From: Iphione sp. A-MEVVRFRX5 | Taxonomy: Eukaryota | NCBI GenBank assembly: GCA_976226885.1 | Contig: OZ320321.1 | Coordinates: forward strand, 21,576,001 to 21,640,000 | Reading direction: 5' to 3' | Length of the DNA stretch: 64,000 bases | Shown: positions 8,705-23,630 of the stretch, one piece after another | How positions within the stretch are numbered: position 1 is the stretch's first letter | Layout: each line of letters starts with the position of its first letter | Notes under the pieces: model-generated | What the model saw: only the letters and a program-made list of their open reading frames with translations | What the model was told of the DNA's origin: nothing | Database searches by the model: none | Translations under genes and position numbers: made by a program

Positions 8705-10739
8705 TACCACCGGAAAAACGTTATACTTTAGGTCTGACCATTCTATATTTTTGGTTGTATATAATCTTGCCTTCTCTCTAGTCTCTACTGTATAAACATA
8801 TCATATTAATATAGATCCTTCAACAAAAACTACCTATCCACCGATTACTGCGTCCCAGATGACATTGTAGGATGCCCAGAACAGTCACATTGGGCCAGGA
8901 TACTGCTCTCTCCATATCCAATCATATTGTAATATGTCTAAGTCTAGCAGAGTGCTGGCAGGTAGAAGGGTCAAACAGATGACAAAATGAAGAATCAGTT
9001 CACTCCAATAGCATGGAAAATAGTTGTGCATAGGGTGATCATTCTCGTAGGTGCAAAGAGGAAGATGCTTACTTGTATACTACATGGTTACATTATGGTT
9101 GCTAAAAATAGATGTACTATCTAGACATATGTCTGGACTGGAGGAAAAGGCATAATCATTATATAACTTATGGTAAAGTTAGCTACCAACTTCTGTTGCA
9201 CCATAGACATACGTGTCGTAGTTACCTTATTGCACAAAACCTATCTATGTAGTACGATCCAAGTCAAAACTGAAACAGACCCTCTGATGCAGATTGCTGG
9301 ATCATTTCCGGACAGATCCCTCAGTGAATGGATGGACCCACGACAATAGGTTATAGGATATAGAGTCTGATAATGAAGCCTCTTGTGGACCGAAAGTCCT
9401 TAACCATTGATAGAACTATAACAATGACCATAGGGAGATGAAAGAAGTATACTGTGGTGGAGGACCCTTAAGACAATACAGTCATTTATGTAATGAATCA
9501 CTGTTTTATTCTCTAACCTAGGTTACAGAGCAGGAATTCTGTATTGTACGATATATATTTATTTGCATCCATGTTGTTCATTATGCAGAGTCCTAATGAA
9601 CGCTGGCTCTAGTAGTCATAACCCAGTATCGAGCAACATCTCATTCTTGAAACTGTGCACTTTATAAAACTTGGAAGGTACCTCTGTATTAGAGATCATA
9701 AAAGGCAATGGTACAGTGTACTAGATGTCAGTACACATCAGCAGTTTCTAGTGGTGTGCGGGGAAGTGTTTTCGAGAGCGTCACTAATTCAATCGGTGAT
9801 TTTATGCCTACATTAATCAACACACCTAAGAACTGGAGCAGGCTGAGAAGGACACAAGGAAAACTACGCACAAATATAAAAGAGTCATTATTATGCATAG
9901 ACAGATCTAGTCTTGCTTAGACTCTCCTTACAGCACCGCAACCATCAAGCAATTCGCAGTCCAAGCCATCTGCCAGCCTAGGTAAATACAATAACACAGT
10001 TACATCCGCTCACACACCGACATTACGAAGCCCAATAGTTAAGAGAACCGATTAGGAATAGATACCAAGAGTTCAGTCAGCGTCTCCATCAACTTACTCA
10101 TGTGCAAACGCTGTCCTGGTCGTCTACGCTGAAACAAAACCCTACACATTAGCATACGTAGTGAACACATTCACTAAAACACATTTACGCTCACGGCCCA
10201 ACGCACAGAGAGATACACATGGATATCTCGCCCCCTCCCCCCCAAAAAAACATTTTTTAAATAACACGAAAAAAATTAGAATTCCATGATCAAACAAACA
10301 GACGAACTTAGACATCCCGACTCACAGACACACACACACACTCACTAACAAGTACCCATTATGTCCTCTCAGTGTACCTCATTACCACTAGAGTAACGCG
10401 AGACGAGACTTGTCATAGCCAATCAGAGCGCAGCATGCTGTATACGGTCTGCCGGGAACGGTCCCGCGGAAAAAGAGATGCATTCTGGGAGGACTATACT
10501 GCATCTCATTGCCAGGTTGCTAGCAGATCTGGAAAAGGCGGATCCGTAAATCACAGTATATTTGACTCGCGAGTCGTAATCAAATCTGCGGCTGCGGTCG
10601 CAATTCGAGACGATTTATCCAGAGCTAACGTTCTCAGAAGGTTTATGCATATTTTTGCAATATCATGTCTAAATCCAGACAGGCTGATACTGAACTCAAC
10701 CAGTGGACACTGATATGTACACCTAGCAGTTTATTATTT

Positions 10740-11460
10740 TCTCCATTTCTTCTGTCTGCTATGACGCAATTATATTACTTCCCTTTTGAATTTCTTTATG
10801 TGAGGATATGTCTTTATTGTCGATAGAAACCCTTTCCATAATTGCAGTCCGTAATACTGAAACAAAATCTTCGATCTTTTCATATGGGGCCTTGCGATCC
10901 CTTAGACAAGCGACAGTGATCTCGTTTTGGCCTCTGGCTTTTTTGAATAGATGCTCCACTGAAATAATTTATTAATTGCGTTGGCACTAGACATTCACTT
11001 AATGAGTCAGTGTATCCAAGGATAGAATTTTGTTTAATTCCTTTCGTGGAAAGTCTCTTCATTAACAATGTTTTCAAGGAGGCTTTAAATATACTCTGTA
11101 ACTTTTCTTTACTGCTCCCCTTATCATGTGAGCTAGTTGGTATTCAAATATCAGACGTACGAAAGCCTTGTATAACCAGATCATATCCTTGCACGAAGTA
11201 TTTTTAGAGATACGAAATGTGCCCTTATGTAAACATGTTTTCTCGCTTCCTGGATCCTTGCGATGTATATTTTTGTGCTATCGATAAGATATTCCAAGAA
11301 CTTGCACTTCTGCCCCAGTTCTATTGATTTATTGTTTAGGGTTACGTCAATAGCAGATACCTCTATCCTTTCCCCGAATATAATGCAGACTGTTTTCTTC
11401 TCGTATATCAGCAGTCAATTCTGCTCTGTCCAGGTAGAGATATCCCTCAGATGCCTTTGA
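10740..11460 (-). mobile_element. Decayed LINE ORF2 3' part
   Basis: KTVCIIFGERIEVSAIDVTLNNKSIELGQKCKFLEYLID and IWLYKAFVRLIFEY match post-YADD RT/thumb motifs; stops and frameshifts are present. Confidence 0.7.
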
Positions 11461-13119
11461 AGCTTTAGACGCAGGTTCTACCACCATAGGGGTGTTTAAT
11501 TGCATAGTAATGATTGCTCTTCCTAGGAATTAACATATGGACCAACACTCAGATACGAATCATAAGACAATGTGGCATTGGTTTCGCAAAAATTAAAATG
11601 ATTGCAACCTGACAACTCGACTCGAAAGTTTGGGAGGGTAATAGGATCAACATACAGAAACAACTCATAATCCCTATCTAAATATGGACCAAATAGTAAG
11701 AAATGATCTCTGAGGTTGTAATAGATACATTTTCTAAATCGAATGAGTATCTTTATGTTTTATGTCAACAAAGGAGTAAGAATGGCACATAATCTGAAAA
11801 TCACCTCTCACACCAACGATATTGTGGGTGTTTTTTTTCAACCAATCAAATTCTTCATATGTTAAGTAAATAACAATGATGGTGACTATCAATATATATA
11901 GCGTTTGTGTCTGAAGACAAGCAAGATGCAGTGCATATCAGTAATATCTCCATGTATTTCATCCATTTCACTATCATGGTCAGAACAGGGTTTAAGTGTG
12001 GATTCTTTAATGTTTGTCTGATAGTTCCAATGCATCGCCCGAGACTGCAGGTCGCGGGTGAAAGGGCATGAAGAATCCTTACCTAAACCATTAGACCGGC
12101 AATCAATTCGGTGCTGGACTATAGATCCATCCCATTGTTACCTTCACCAATACCTGTTTAGACGCATCATTACTATAACCCTCTATCTCAACTGAACAAA
12201 GGTTTCCGTCCTTCTTAATAGACGCAGCGACAGGTTTGTACAGAGATTAATAAAATGATAAAGTTTTCCCCACCCGTTCACTTATTTTTCAACACTTGGT
12301 TCACAGCAGGTCTGGGCTTATTAATATTTTTTTCTCAAAGCTATGTGAAATTGCCCTAGCCAGTTCTCGGAAACACCCTGGGTCTGATTACAGGCATCTC
12401 GTAATGCAGCATAATACATCTCTTCTCATGTTTCAGGCATTGTATGGGATTCTGTACACTCGGCGTAAACAGATCCCTTGGTTTATTTGTTACTTCGTTC
12501 GCCTCCCGTATTATATCATACAAATGTTCTTGGTTAATAGCGGGATGCCTGCGAGGGTTACATTTGAGCCAATCAGCGCAAATCATCTTCTTCTATGTAT
12601 TAATTATGTACATGTATATGATCTGTTCAACTACTAGATTAAAGATTTTCATGAAGTCCAAAACAACTCATACCTCAGCCAAAGAATGCCCAATTCCCTC
12701 AAAGTGATGTCACATATGCCCATATGTGAAACAACAATGGACTACTTACATACCTGCTCGCTCAATAATTATTTCATGACTACATCATACCTTTATGCAG
12801 GTATCACTGTCCAGCTGACCATATTGCCAGCGAGATTTTCATCCTTTTGCATCGTGGCTCTATCACGTTCTTGTGAGTCATTAAATATAATGCACATGGG
12901 AGCTCAATAAATTATTCCTCTTAAATGGTATTTATCCTGGCAATCCAATGGTGCCAGCGCATTCTACCAGAATAATGATTGTGGTTGATCCTATTTACGT
13001 AGTCCTTAAATTCTAAAAGGGATGTACATATATACATGTATACAGGGGAGATTGATGAAAAATATTTACTTCAAGCACAAAATAATATATGTATGTAATT
13101 TCATGTGCAGTTTGACTAC

Positions 13120-14460
13120 CATTTCAGATGAAAAACTGTTTCAAGGGACTCTTCCAATTGTCAACAAATAAGGAAGGAATACAAGGATTTCTTCTGTTAA
13201 TACTGTTCCGTAAGTCACAATAAGTTGGATGAAGACTATCATAGGTAATACATAGAAAGTAGTACCTACTTCTCAGTTGAAAGAATAGAATTGAGTGTTT
13301 CCTCTTCATTTGATAAATATCTTTACCAAATGCACGAGTTACCATCCGTACAGCTCCTCTGTTCAATGTAAGTTATTATTCTTTATCCATGTTCTCCAGC
13401 ATTCCCGAAGAAACGGAGAATCCAAAATATTAGCTGAGCCGTCCAAATTCGACAAATTACATCATGTTGCAATGAAATGATGTTGTTTACACTCTCCATA
13501 AAATGATGTTTTGATTGAAAAGTTTCACAGGGCTATAAACTAAGTTAGAAATACAAGCTAGAACCTAAGCTTTCATTTGGTAAAAGCTTTATCAAAATCT
13601 GAAACAATGGAAGGTGGTTTTTTGGGCTTAGAATGTTACCTCCTATCTTGAGTAGTGTACAGGCAACATGTGGGCTGTTGTAGTTGGACCTATTGCTGTT
13701 GTAGCCGCTCTACCCATTACATCTATTGTTATCCATTTTGTAGCATAATGACACAAAACGGTGATTGGTCCAGGTCTTCACAGGTAATGTACGTGGTTGA
13801 TTACAATATTGAAGCAGTCCTGAACGATTCCAATCCTGGTCACACATTTTTGAAAATACATATTTTGGATAATGATAAGTGGAGACATTTGTGATGATTG
13901 GGCAATATTGAACACTGGCTACAGTTAAGCAACAAGTCTCAACCTCTGATACAATTGACGAATATATATCCGATCTCATAGACCTTACAAGCATCCTGGA
14001 GGTCAAACAGCACGTAGGACACACAAGGTTTTAAGAGAATGAAGTGCAATTCTAAGCCCAGCAGAGAAAAGGAACCTTCATTGATGTTCTTCTGTTGGCC
14101 TGATTAAAGCTTTTACATCCGACGTACTTGCTGAAAACGAAGTTTACTAGCCGAAGGATGCTACGCGTAGACATTTACTTGATGTCAAACCTGTGATCTA
14201 TCGACTTTCAAAGAAAGCCTTTTGTTAAGAAATGATGTCATATGATTCCGCCATTCCTCAGTTCCGGACTTTCCAACTAAGGCTCTATCGTCCCACAAAG
14301 ATCGCTTGGAAAGAGTGGTGAACTGTTCCACCCAATATTGTTTTATTCTGCCCATAAAGCTAGGTTTGTGATACATATCTACCAATCTTTCGGGAGGTTT
14401 CTGTAATGAATACTTGAACATGCATTTGCATACATTCGATTCAACATTACTATGCATTAG
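13120..14460 (-). mobile_element. Highly decayed LINE ORF2
   Basis: Fragments in the expected order: GRIKQYW...EEWRNHMTSFLN (linker), IQNMY..IGIVQDCFNIVIN..CHYA (RT core), RGAVRMVT (C-terminus). Confidence 0.5.
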
Positions 14461-16559
14461 TCAGTAACAATCACTTTGATAGGGGACTCAGAAGGAAGAT
14501 CCAATGATGTCAAGGGGTAGGGATGAAGGGTTATGATAAGGAACGGAATTAATGGGGGGAAATTTAGGTATTTGTATTTATTGCGTTAGTAGAAGATAAT
14601 AGTAAAAATGGAGGAAGAGGAGGCGTTATATATGGAAATTGTAGAAACCGCTGTATGTCGATAGATAACCTCCTTTGGAACTACACTATAGTTACCAGCT
14701 GCAAAACAAGACTGATCCCCCACCATGGCCTGGGAACAAGCCGCACGATTGTCCATTGCGTGGTGCGAGGTCTTTACCAGCATCTCCTGCTCAGTGGGCG
14801 TCAATCACGTAAGTATAAGGGGCTGCAGGAGAGTAGGGACTGCTATGTGACGGAATGGTGAAGGAGGGCGAAGTAGACTTCAAGCACCAAGTGACTTAAG
14901 CTCATCGACAATCAATGATAAATCCTTTTAACCCGAGGAGCAACGAGTGCTTCAACCGTCTCCTGACCACCAGGGGGGACCTCGGTTACCAAGGGAGACT
15001 GACCACGTGACGTCGGCTGACCCAACACGCAGAGCCTCTTTAGCAGGAATCGCAAATCGATTCGAAATGACGCGATAACTTTCGTGACACAAGGGTCGTC
15101 ACTGTTATGCATGAAATAATGTGACCTTCCAGACAGTGAAGAGAATACGAAAGTTGCAAGTTTTTGCTGATAATTAATGAAAGCTTTTACAAATTTAACT
15201 GTGAAATCCAATATAGAAGGACCATATGGCAACAATGTTGAGAAATCCGTGACATTGGCCACTTAAAATGGCAATTAAATAATATGATTCTCACTAGAGA
15301 TGCGAAGGTAAGGTTAGAATAGTAGTCTCCGAACATAAAAAATCCATTCATATTGTTACAAAGAATTACTATTCCACCTTTCCAAATTATTAGAGAGAAA
15401 GATTCGTTCTACCTTGTTTCCCCTACCAAATTTCATTCAATACGAGAATTCCTAAAGGAAAGCTTCTCAGCTATTTATTAAATTACAGTCGTTTCACTGA
15501 GAAACCTAAGTTCATATCATTTCGTATGGGCAGATGTGTACTTGAAGTGTGTAGTGCTTGATATTTTACGTATTCCTGAGTAATAATGTGGGCCTTTTCC
15601 CTTAGGCTTGTTTCGGAAGGGCTCTCACATTATAAATAAGATACGTGCTCTGTCATCTCTCCGCCAAACGTATGACATAGAGGTTTCAGGTTTGAGAGTT
15701 TCAGTATCAGACATTTTGCCCTTCTTTTGTGAGCTTCTGACGTCTATAAAGTATATTCTTTGCCTTTGAGTTGATACTGACATGTACCATTTCCGATGGC
15801 TCAGGGTTTTAACAAAAAAAACCTCTAACATCAAGGTTTCCGCTGCATATTAGGGTTGTTGCTGCCAAGAGGCCAAGGCCGATCCGTTGAGGTGTTTACC
15901 GAAGGCCGAAGTTAGAGCTAAACACAGTGGAAAGCACCTGCAGCTCTGTCTTTATCACATGACTGCCGTTTCAAACACTTATCGCTCTAGGCCACAAAAG
16001 CTGTGTGATCTTCTACTAACAGTATCCACATTAGTTTAGGTCACCGGTTGACAAAAAACCACTAATACAAGGTTAAGACCAAACCTTCACGGTGGCCTTC
16101 ATATGACAATGATAGTAACGCGCGTGTAAGTAACAGTTTGGGTGCCAGCTCCTGAATGGAGTCCTAGCTTGAACCCAAGTATTGATATCCTATGGGCTCC
16201 CTCCCACTCAAGTAAGGAGAAGTATGGCATATCTCCAGGTATGAAGAAATTTACACTAGCAGTGCAATGGGCTTGCACAGATTGTATGCATTAATTGGGT
16301 TGTATTTAAAAGGAGCACAGATACACCTCTGGCTTGGAAGATATTGTCTAGATTTGTTAGAATCCATTGACAATGAAGAATACCTAAAAGGAACACCCAT
16401 CTACCAACCCTGGATGATGTTTCAATCTGTCACTGGAAACAGAGATATCTTTTAGGCCTTATATATAAAATACGTGGTTTCCGATGCCATGTTGATGCCG
16501 TCCATTGTTGTATATTCATGCCTCCTAGAACAACACTTCCGATGAACGAGTGATAAGTG

Positions 16560-16900
16560 AAGCACAAGTTATATACTTCGTATGCATGTACTGCTGTACC
16601 AGTTGTTTTCCTTTAAGTAACATGCTATATATACAGTTGTTCCAGGTAGGCTCCAGTCTAGAATGATTTTATCTGCAGGTTTCAGGGCGGCAATTGAGAA
16701 AAGCCGTTTATGAAGTCTGCACAATATCTATCTTGTACTCACCTTGACCAACAGCAATTAGAATTAACTCTTACATAGCTGATTGATTTTTCTTGGCCTG
16801 TGCGTGACTTTGTTGAATTTTGCCATTGCTTTGTCCACCTTTACTTTTGCATGCTTTCTAGTAAGGCAACTCTGAGTAATTTCATGCTTTGCGATAGGGT
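16560..16900 (-). mobile_element. Decayed LINE ORF2 C-terminal fragment
   Basis: HAKVKVDKAMAKFNKV ... IILDWSPTWNN resembles HI....KA...L ... LDY.SP.W. Confidence 0.35.
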
Positions 16901-18399
16901 GCAGACTGGCTACTGTTGCATTACCATGGATTCCTATCATAAATCCATAATTAGTTACGTGAGCTATTCGTGTACAGAATCATTTTTGGTTGTCTAAAAG
17001 TTGACGTACATTATTCGATGGTTATCCAGAAATATAGCCCCAAAACGATTCTGTTTCACTTCCAGTGTTCTGCTGACACTTGAGCTCTTAAGTTCCAGCT
17101 TGATTCATATGAGACGTACACTCAAATGTAAGTCATTATAAAGTTAAAACAAAAGCGTTGATATTTTGCACAGTAAATAACAATCAGATTTATAATGCTG
17201 TCCTAGCCTTTGAATTTACGCGCTATCTTCACAGTGACGAGTAACGACCCGACCATACATAATGAATCAGCATTTCTTTTGAGTCAACAGAAATCCTGTG
17301 TCAGCAGAATAATTTGTAATGCACATCTTAAAAACTTCCACTTGGTGATGCCAACTATTGCTTAGTTACTGCTATGATTGGGTATCCTTCAAGCCACTCC
17401 TATTGTTATTTCCCAGTATTAGACCGAATGCCTATTCCTCAGTGTATTCCAAGTGGGTATGTCCCATTAGTATCCCCAGAGAGACAAGTTCCACAAGGTA
17501 TCTGGAGATGCAGACTGGTTTATTTGCCACACTGGACCGTTACTTATAGTAGACATTGGTGTTGTGTGATCCGATGATGTATTAAGCCATGGAATAAATC
17601 AAATACATTGTGGCTTGTGTCAATCCTTTCTACCAATCAACATGCAAATGTAAGTTACTAAGTAACAAGTGCCTGGATTACCAGGGTCCAGGGTCATCTG
17701 TAACACTGACTAAGGGTTCAGTGAGTACCACCAGTATCCATGGTGCTACGTCCTACCCCTTTAATACCAACCCCAGGGTCACTAAGGACACCCACTCAGA
17801 CTGCAGCACAACGAATCCCCACAATATGCAGACGATCCAATGTTGCCTCTTCAGTTCATGTAAGAAACAAAAGGGCGCTGCAACGTTGATTAAAATGCTG
17901 AAGGCCTAAAGTCCGTTAGTGGATACATTTCTCTTCCGAACATTCTAGGGGGGTTGACAATTTACTGCGGTTTGATTTGACGATTGCTGAAAACGATTTA
18001 CTGCACCTGTCTCAGCAGTCATCTCACAGTTCTCCGTGTTTGAAGCGATGGTCTCTCAAAGATAATGGATCTGTTAGAATAGTCAGTGCTCCAACTGATT
18101 GATGAATACGTGGAGTTTGTTTGCAGGGTGAAGACCAGAAACATCTTACAATCTCACGCAGCCATAAAGCCCGGTAATGGTAAACATCTGACTGGATAAT
18201 TAACTACTCGAGGTGATTGATACGATTAAAGAACAATACTGCCTTTAAGTCTCAGAGGTTGAGAAATGGCAAGACGATTCGGAACTGGGGAGAGGCTACG
18301 CTTGTCAGAAAAGGATACCTCACTTTGAAGTGATTTTGATGTTCTCAGATGTGAATTAAATGTAAATGTATCCAGATGATCGTGCCTCACACAGGTTTG

Positions 18400-18770
18400 A
18401 AGAGGACGAATTCATAATGGCAAAAAATAACACGAAATAAATGAGGAGAAACGTTGCAGATTGGATTTGCTAGACGAACAAAGTACCAGACATTTCGCAG
18501 AAAGCAGACACCACTCCCATTCGGAGACGACAATGTCCTCTATAATGTCGTCAGCATATTTCGCCAATGGATTTTCAATGAACGTTGTGCTACAGTCTGC
18601 CGTGGTCCCCTTACGTGTGCTTACTAAACCTGCATATTTGCAACTCAGCATATTTACAAAGACAAATTGCCTGCAAAGGTCCTAATAGCTGGCAAACAGG
18701 TAATCACCAGGGCATCACGCTGCTTGTACTGAAAATAACTTTAATTGCCTAAACATTTTATAACTTGGCT
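18400..18770 (-). mobile_element. Decayed RT fragment
   Basis: SYFQYKQ, LPVCQLLGPL and KYADDI occur in order in broken frames. Confidence 0.5.
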
Positions 18771-19329
18771 TTGTACTAGCATCAGCATTTCTGTCCCTGA
18801 TTCTGGACAAAGATGTCATTAGGTGATTAGCAGTTAAGTTGGATCTGTACTTACAAAAGTGGATATATTGTATTACAATAAAATTCTTGTTAATACAGCG
18901 AGTCCGAGCTGCTGTTGTTCCTTGAGACACCAGCTTTACAGCAGACTCATTATTCCAGCAACTGGGAATGAATGACTTGGTGCCAAATCTCTTTTACAAC
19001 ATGAAAAGCTTCATTACAATTTTACAACAACAATAATGTGTACTTGATGAACTCTCCCCTAGATGCCAAGAAGATCAATTCTAACGCCATTAGGCCAGGT
19101 TATTTCCTGTGGGATCCGCTTAAACACAGTCAAGGTACACACATACCTATTATATTTCAGGAGCTTGTTTTGTGAGATACCTTTGCTGCTCTATGTATTG
19201 AAAAGTTGGTGAGAGTCTGTTTCCTTCACTGACGAGCTACTCCCTGATGCCTATAAATAATGCCACCTGCAGTGGCTGTAAAGGCACCCTTCTTAACACA
19301 AGGCAAACAAAGACCTCCGGTCTTTCAGT

Positions 19330-19520
19330 AGTTCTCCATCATAGATGATACTTCTCCACTTGATTAGTGTCGATTAGACGGTCCGCTTCACAGACCATCA
19401 GGCAACCTGTTTTACTGCTCTTATCTTGAGTCGTGGGAGAGGCTCTCGTCAACAAGTGTTGATACCAATTCGCTTGTGCAGGAGATATGGAATCTCTCAG
19501 GGTTCCACTAAAAAGTAACT
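19330..19520 (+). mobile_element. Decayed RT fragment
   Basis: SYLES...V...S followed by RYGISQGS. Confidence 0.4.
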
Positions 19521-22079
19521 TCACTCGACACATGATTTGTTCATCCTACAACATCGTTTGAAACGTTCAGAACCCTTATGAGGAGCAGTGGGTGAACATA
19601 AATTTTAAGACAGCTATATTTATAAGAATAGCGTCTGATCAAAACTCGTGGAAAGACTCCCTCTCTAGTACCAGTAGCAAGGCAGACAAAAGTAGAAGAT
19701 AATCGATAGTACAATTATTGGAATTTCACAAAACCGGATATAAAAATACAGACCCCACACTTGACGGTAAGATTCGCGCTAAAGCCAAGCAAGAACACTG
19801 AACTCTCACCCCTCCCCTCATCAATCAATCAAAGGAAGTGGATTCTAAAGAACAAAAGGGGAACCCAATAAATTTTTCCCCGTTAACAGTGGGGGAGCTG
19901 GTCCACGCAAGTTTTTTTGATGATAATATAATTATGGAAGACAACCAACGTTTCATTCAATCATGAAATACACATTGCCAGCCACCGACCTTAAATGCAG
20001 ATGTCTAGGACACCACTGTAGACAATGCTGGCTTATAAACTGGCGGTAGTGAAATTTATTTTCATATCGCCTCCAACCACACATTTTAACAGGTAAGCAA
20101 AAGGACAATACATGACTTAGTGAATGTTCTTATACAAACCTGAGCATCACATTTCGTCTTGGAGAAGCCATGTAATGACATAAGTTATTAATGTCGCAAC
20201 TATCTTAGCCAGCGATTTCATCACTTTTGACCCTTTTGAGTACTACTTTTTCTTAGCATATGTTTCTGTTGTAGACAATTTAATGGTTTGGCTAGAAGAA
20301 AGCTGGAAAAATCGAAGGTTGTTTAGGTTAACTACCCCGGCTACCTCACAGACGATCCATACATTTCGAGGTGTATTTGCACGTAGAGGACGAAAGGCAG
20401 TACCAGTATGCACAGGTCAGGCACATGTAATGCAGATCGACCTGGAAAGGATCCATGATTCAGCACAGCGTTGGCAATCGAGTGGAGGTTTTGCCCTCAA
20501 AATGTGCAAATGCAGCAAAACAAATGGAATTTAAAGGTTTGCCTTACGTACACACATACATACATAGATTCACAAATGTACGTACCGACGCATGTGCACT
20601 GGGCCTAAAATAGCTTGTGCCATCACCAGAATTTTGACAAAATTAACAGTTATTACACCCACGACACCCGCCCCTTTCCTCTTCCCGAACGTATTTTTGT
20701 CCCCGCTTTTGTCTCATGCAGACTGTCTGATCCGGTCCCGTGGCGTGCACCACTGCCGTACACGGTAGCAGCAGCAACCTGATACGCCCAACTCCACGGT
20801 AAGGCGACGCCCGCCCCGGACGGGTCTGACCGGGGACGTGCGGGGGGGGGCGTGCTAATGTCAGTCAGGTACCTTTGATCCTAAGGTCCACCTGTGTCCT
20901 CCGAAGAGAGGAAGCTCGAGGCTGACTAGTGGTCACATGGCTCGTCGGCTCCATTAATTAGCCTCTTCCCCCCCCCCCAACCCCCCTCCCCCCTCCTATC
21001 ACATGACCTCTTAGGTGAGTAATGCAGAGAAGCAGAGGTCGCTGGAGATGAAAGAGGAGAGGATGGACAGAGAACAGTTGGAATGATTTAGTTATTGAAG
21101 GGCCATATACAGTAGCAAGTCACAATTAAGACCACCAATGGGACCATACGCAACGGCCTTTACTTGCAAGTTGCCCACCGACCTGAGTTGTTCTGTTATA
21201 GAAAATATACTATTTTGGTTGGTATAGATACCAGCAATAAAATCGACAAACAAACAAGATATGGACACATACTAAGCATGCAGGATCTGGAGCATAGCGA
21301 TGCAACCCAGATATGCAAGCACGGGAACGCATACAAAGTGTTCCTTTTATGCCAGCCATGACAGTGGCGCAAAACGCCTCCCAGCGAGGCCCATTCAGCC
21401 AATCCGGTATTAACCTGCTGACCTTGACATGACCTTGTTTTGTCGGTCCGACACACGTGACTGCCCACGCGATAGGGCTGGCTGGTTGCCATCGTACGTC
21501 CGAGCAATAGCAATCAGTGTTCGCTGAGCCTTGGAGAACCAGTGGATAAAGGCGCTGTCGGAAGTTCACGCATTATCGCCATCCGAACTCCCTATTATCG
21601 CTCACCCCGAAGCTGTTACAAGGTTTGCGTTATTCTGCCACACCCATCGATGCAATACGTCTTTCATGCAGTACGGTTAGATTATCATAGAAGAAGCCCA
21701 GCGAAGAAGACTGAACCATGATGAGGAATTTAAGGGAAACAAACCTGGAAAAAGTATTACGTCTTTGATTGGAAATGATCAACTGAAACTGATATTTCAT
21801 CTGGCATATGCTTGTCAGTGTTTCGATGAGTGGTTGGTTGTGTGTTTGTCTCCAACTGGTGTAAGTAAAGATGAACCTTTCATGGCTGTGTATGTGTTTG
21901 ATTAGTCGAGTGGTTACCTTGATGGTGATAATGACTTAAAGAAAATATGTGACCTGAGAAATAGAGAGGACAAGTGCGGGTCAGTTTGCAACATTTCTCT
22001 TCATGTTATCTCTGTTAGTCGGCGATTCCATTGTAGTTTCCTCAATAAGGCAATCTCAGGATATGATGTTACTCTTGTT

Positions 22080-22320
22080 CAGTGAGGTCATCTCAGGTGT
22101 TAGTGCCAATTCAAGTGTGTACCTTTTGGTGGAACTGCCAAGACTGGACAGCAAGATTTGTGGTTTTCCTAATGTTAGATTGCTCCAGAGAGGGTCTAGT
22201 TGCATATGATATATGGGCCCCCAGAGAGTGGAATGCTTTGCCTGATAATCTTTGGAAACTAATGAATGACAATGCCACAGTCAAGTCTACGCTAAGGGCT
22301 TACCAGCCATGTATGTCTGC
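22080..22320 (+). mobile_element. LINE (L2/CR1-like) ORF2 C-terminal end
   Basis: APREWNALPDNL...VKSTLRAY matches the terminal AP..WN.LP..L...FK..LK motif. Confidence 0.6.
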
Positions 22321-23369
22321 GTTGCCTGCGACTTCAGTCTAAGTATGCTGAGCCAATTGAGCCCATACATATACCTGTTGTGTTCGGTTCTGATAAACAA
22401 ACCTCTTCCCTACTAATAAAAAAAGAATGCAATATCCATATCGGGACCAACGCTAATCACTGAGCCAGGTCCTCCAGGTCCTCTCTTATCTATGAAATAT
22501 AACCCTTACCGACAGTGAAAAAGCAGTGCTTAGGCTGAGACCACTTTTGTGATTAGTTATCGTATTATGATGGGGCCACTTGGGGGTTCGCGTATACTTA
22601 TGAGATCTGGTCACCCCAATCCTCGCATTAATTACAACTCGATCCGGGGCATCACGGCACGTCTCCGGGAGGACGGCTACCTTGTTGTGTACCACGTTAA
22701 TTGGAGAAATGATAAATGAAGCAAAGTTCAGTATACCACAACAATCAAAGGAGAAAAGGTACAAAACACACAACAAAGTTCATTAGCACGAACGTTATTA
22801 CACTGTAAATCCGTTCTAGAAGATTCTTTAGGTATTGCACCAGCCCACTTCATTACGTGTGCATGAATCCATGTAATATAATTTTTTTCTTCTATCATCT
22901 CGCATCAACTACTGTCATTTTCACAATGCCTTATATTGACTACAGTTGTTGTGGAAGATCTCTTATTTGAATTGAGAGTGTCGAAATAATATCTTGAAAC
23001 TTCTTTTCCATCTGCTAGGCCTATATATTTATGTGAGATACAAAAAATGTGGGTTAAGGTTCAAGATGAATGTAAAGAGAAAAACCTGTCTTTGTGGAAG
23101 GTTGGTGCTGTGTGCTTGAGGCCAATGTTTTCATCTGTCTGTCATGTAGAACCTCCCCTTAGGGTTCTCAGTCCCAAGAGAAAGAACTCTTACCATGATC
23201 AGTCACCTACGGATTCATGAGTTTGGAGACCTATACTCTGTTAGACAGGAGTTTTCTCTATCTGATTATTTCTTCATAGTTACACTAGGTTTCAGAAGAC
23301 AGCTACAGCCTCCTAGCAAACATACAACCTTGTTACAACACTCTGAGTCTTGTGATGAAAAAGGCTGAT

Positions 23370-23630
23370 TGGTGTACAAATCAGCTGTTAGATTTCATAT
23401 GAAGCAATCCTGGGTATGGGGTTGGTTGATAGGTTTGAGTCCGTTAATTGATATGCCATTTCTCTAATAGTCTTTTAGAATGTTCGAACTGATATAGCTG
23501 TAATGATTGATGATACAATGATTTCATATTCTCATAGTACTGGAATTTTAGAGTGTTTGAAAGATACAGAAAAACCGATAAAAAAGCGAAAACATGTAGC
23601 AACCAGTGGTGATCTTCCCTACCGTACATT
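23370..23630 (+). mobile_element. Decayed RT fragment
   Basis: YKSAVRF..S, LSPL and DIAVMIDDTMISYS occur in order. Confidence 0.4.

Noticed and set aside
14726-14814. CCACCATGG-initiated frame ending at CAC|GTAAGT
   Set aside because: The peptide is unrecognisable and no partner exon was found; it sits among retroelement debris.
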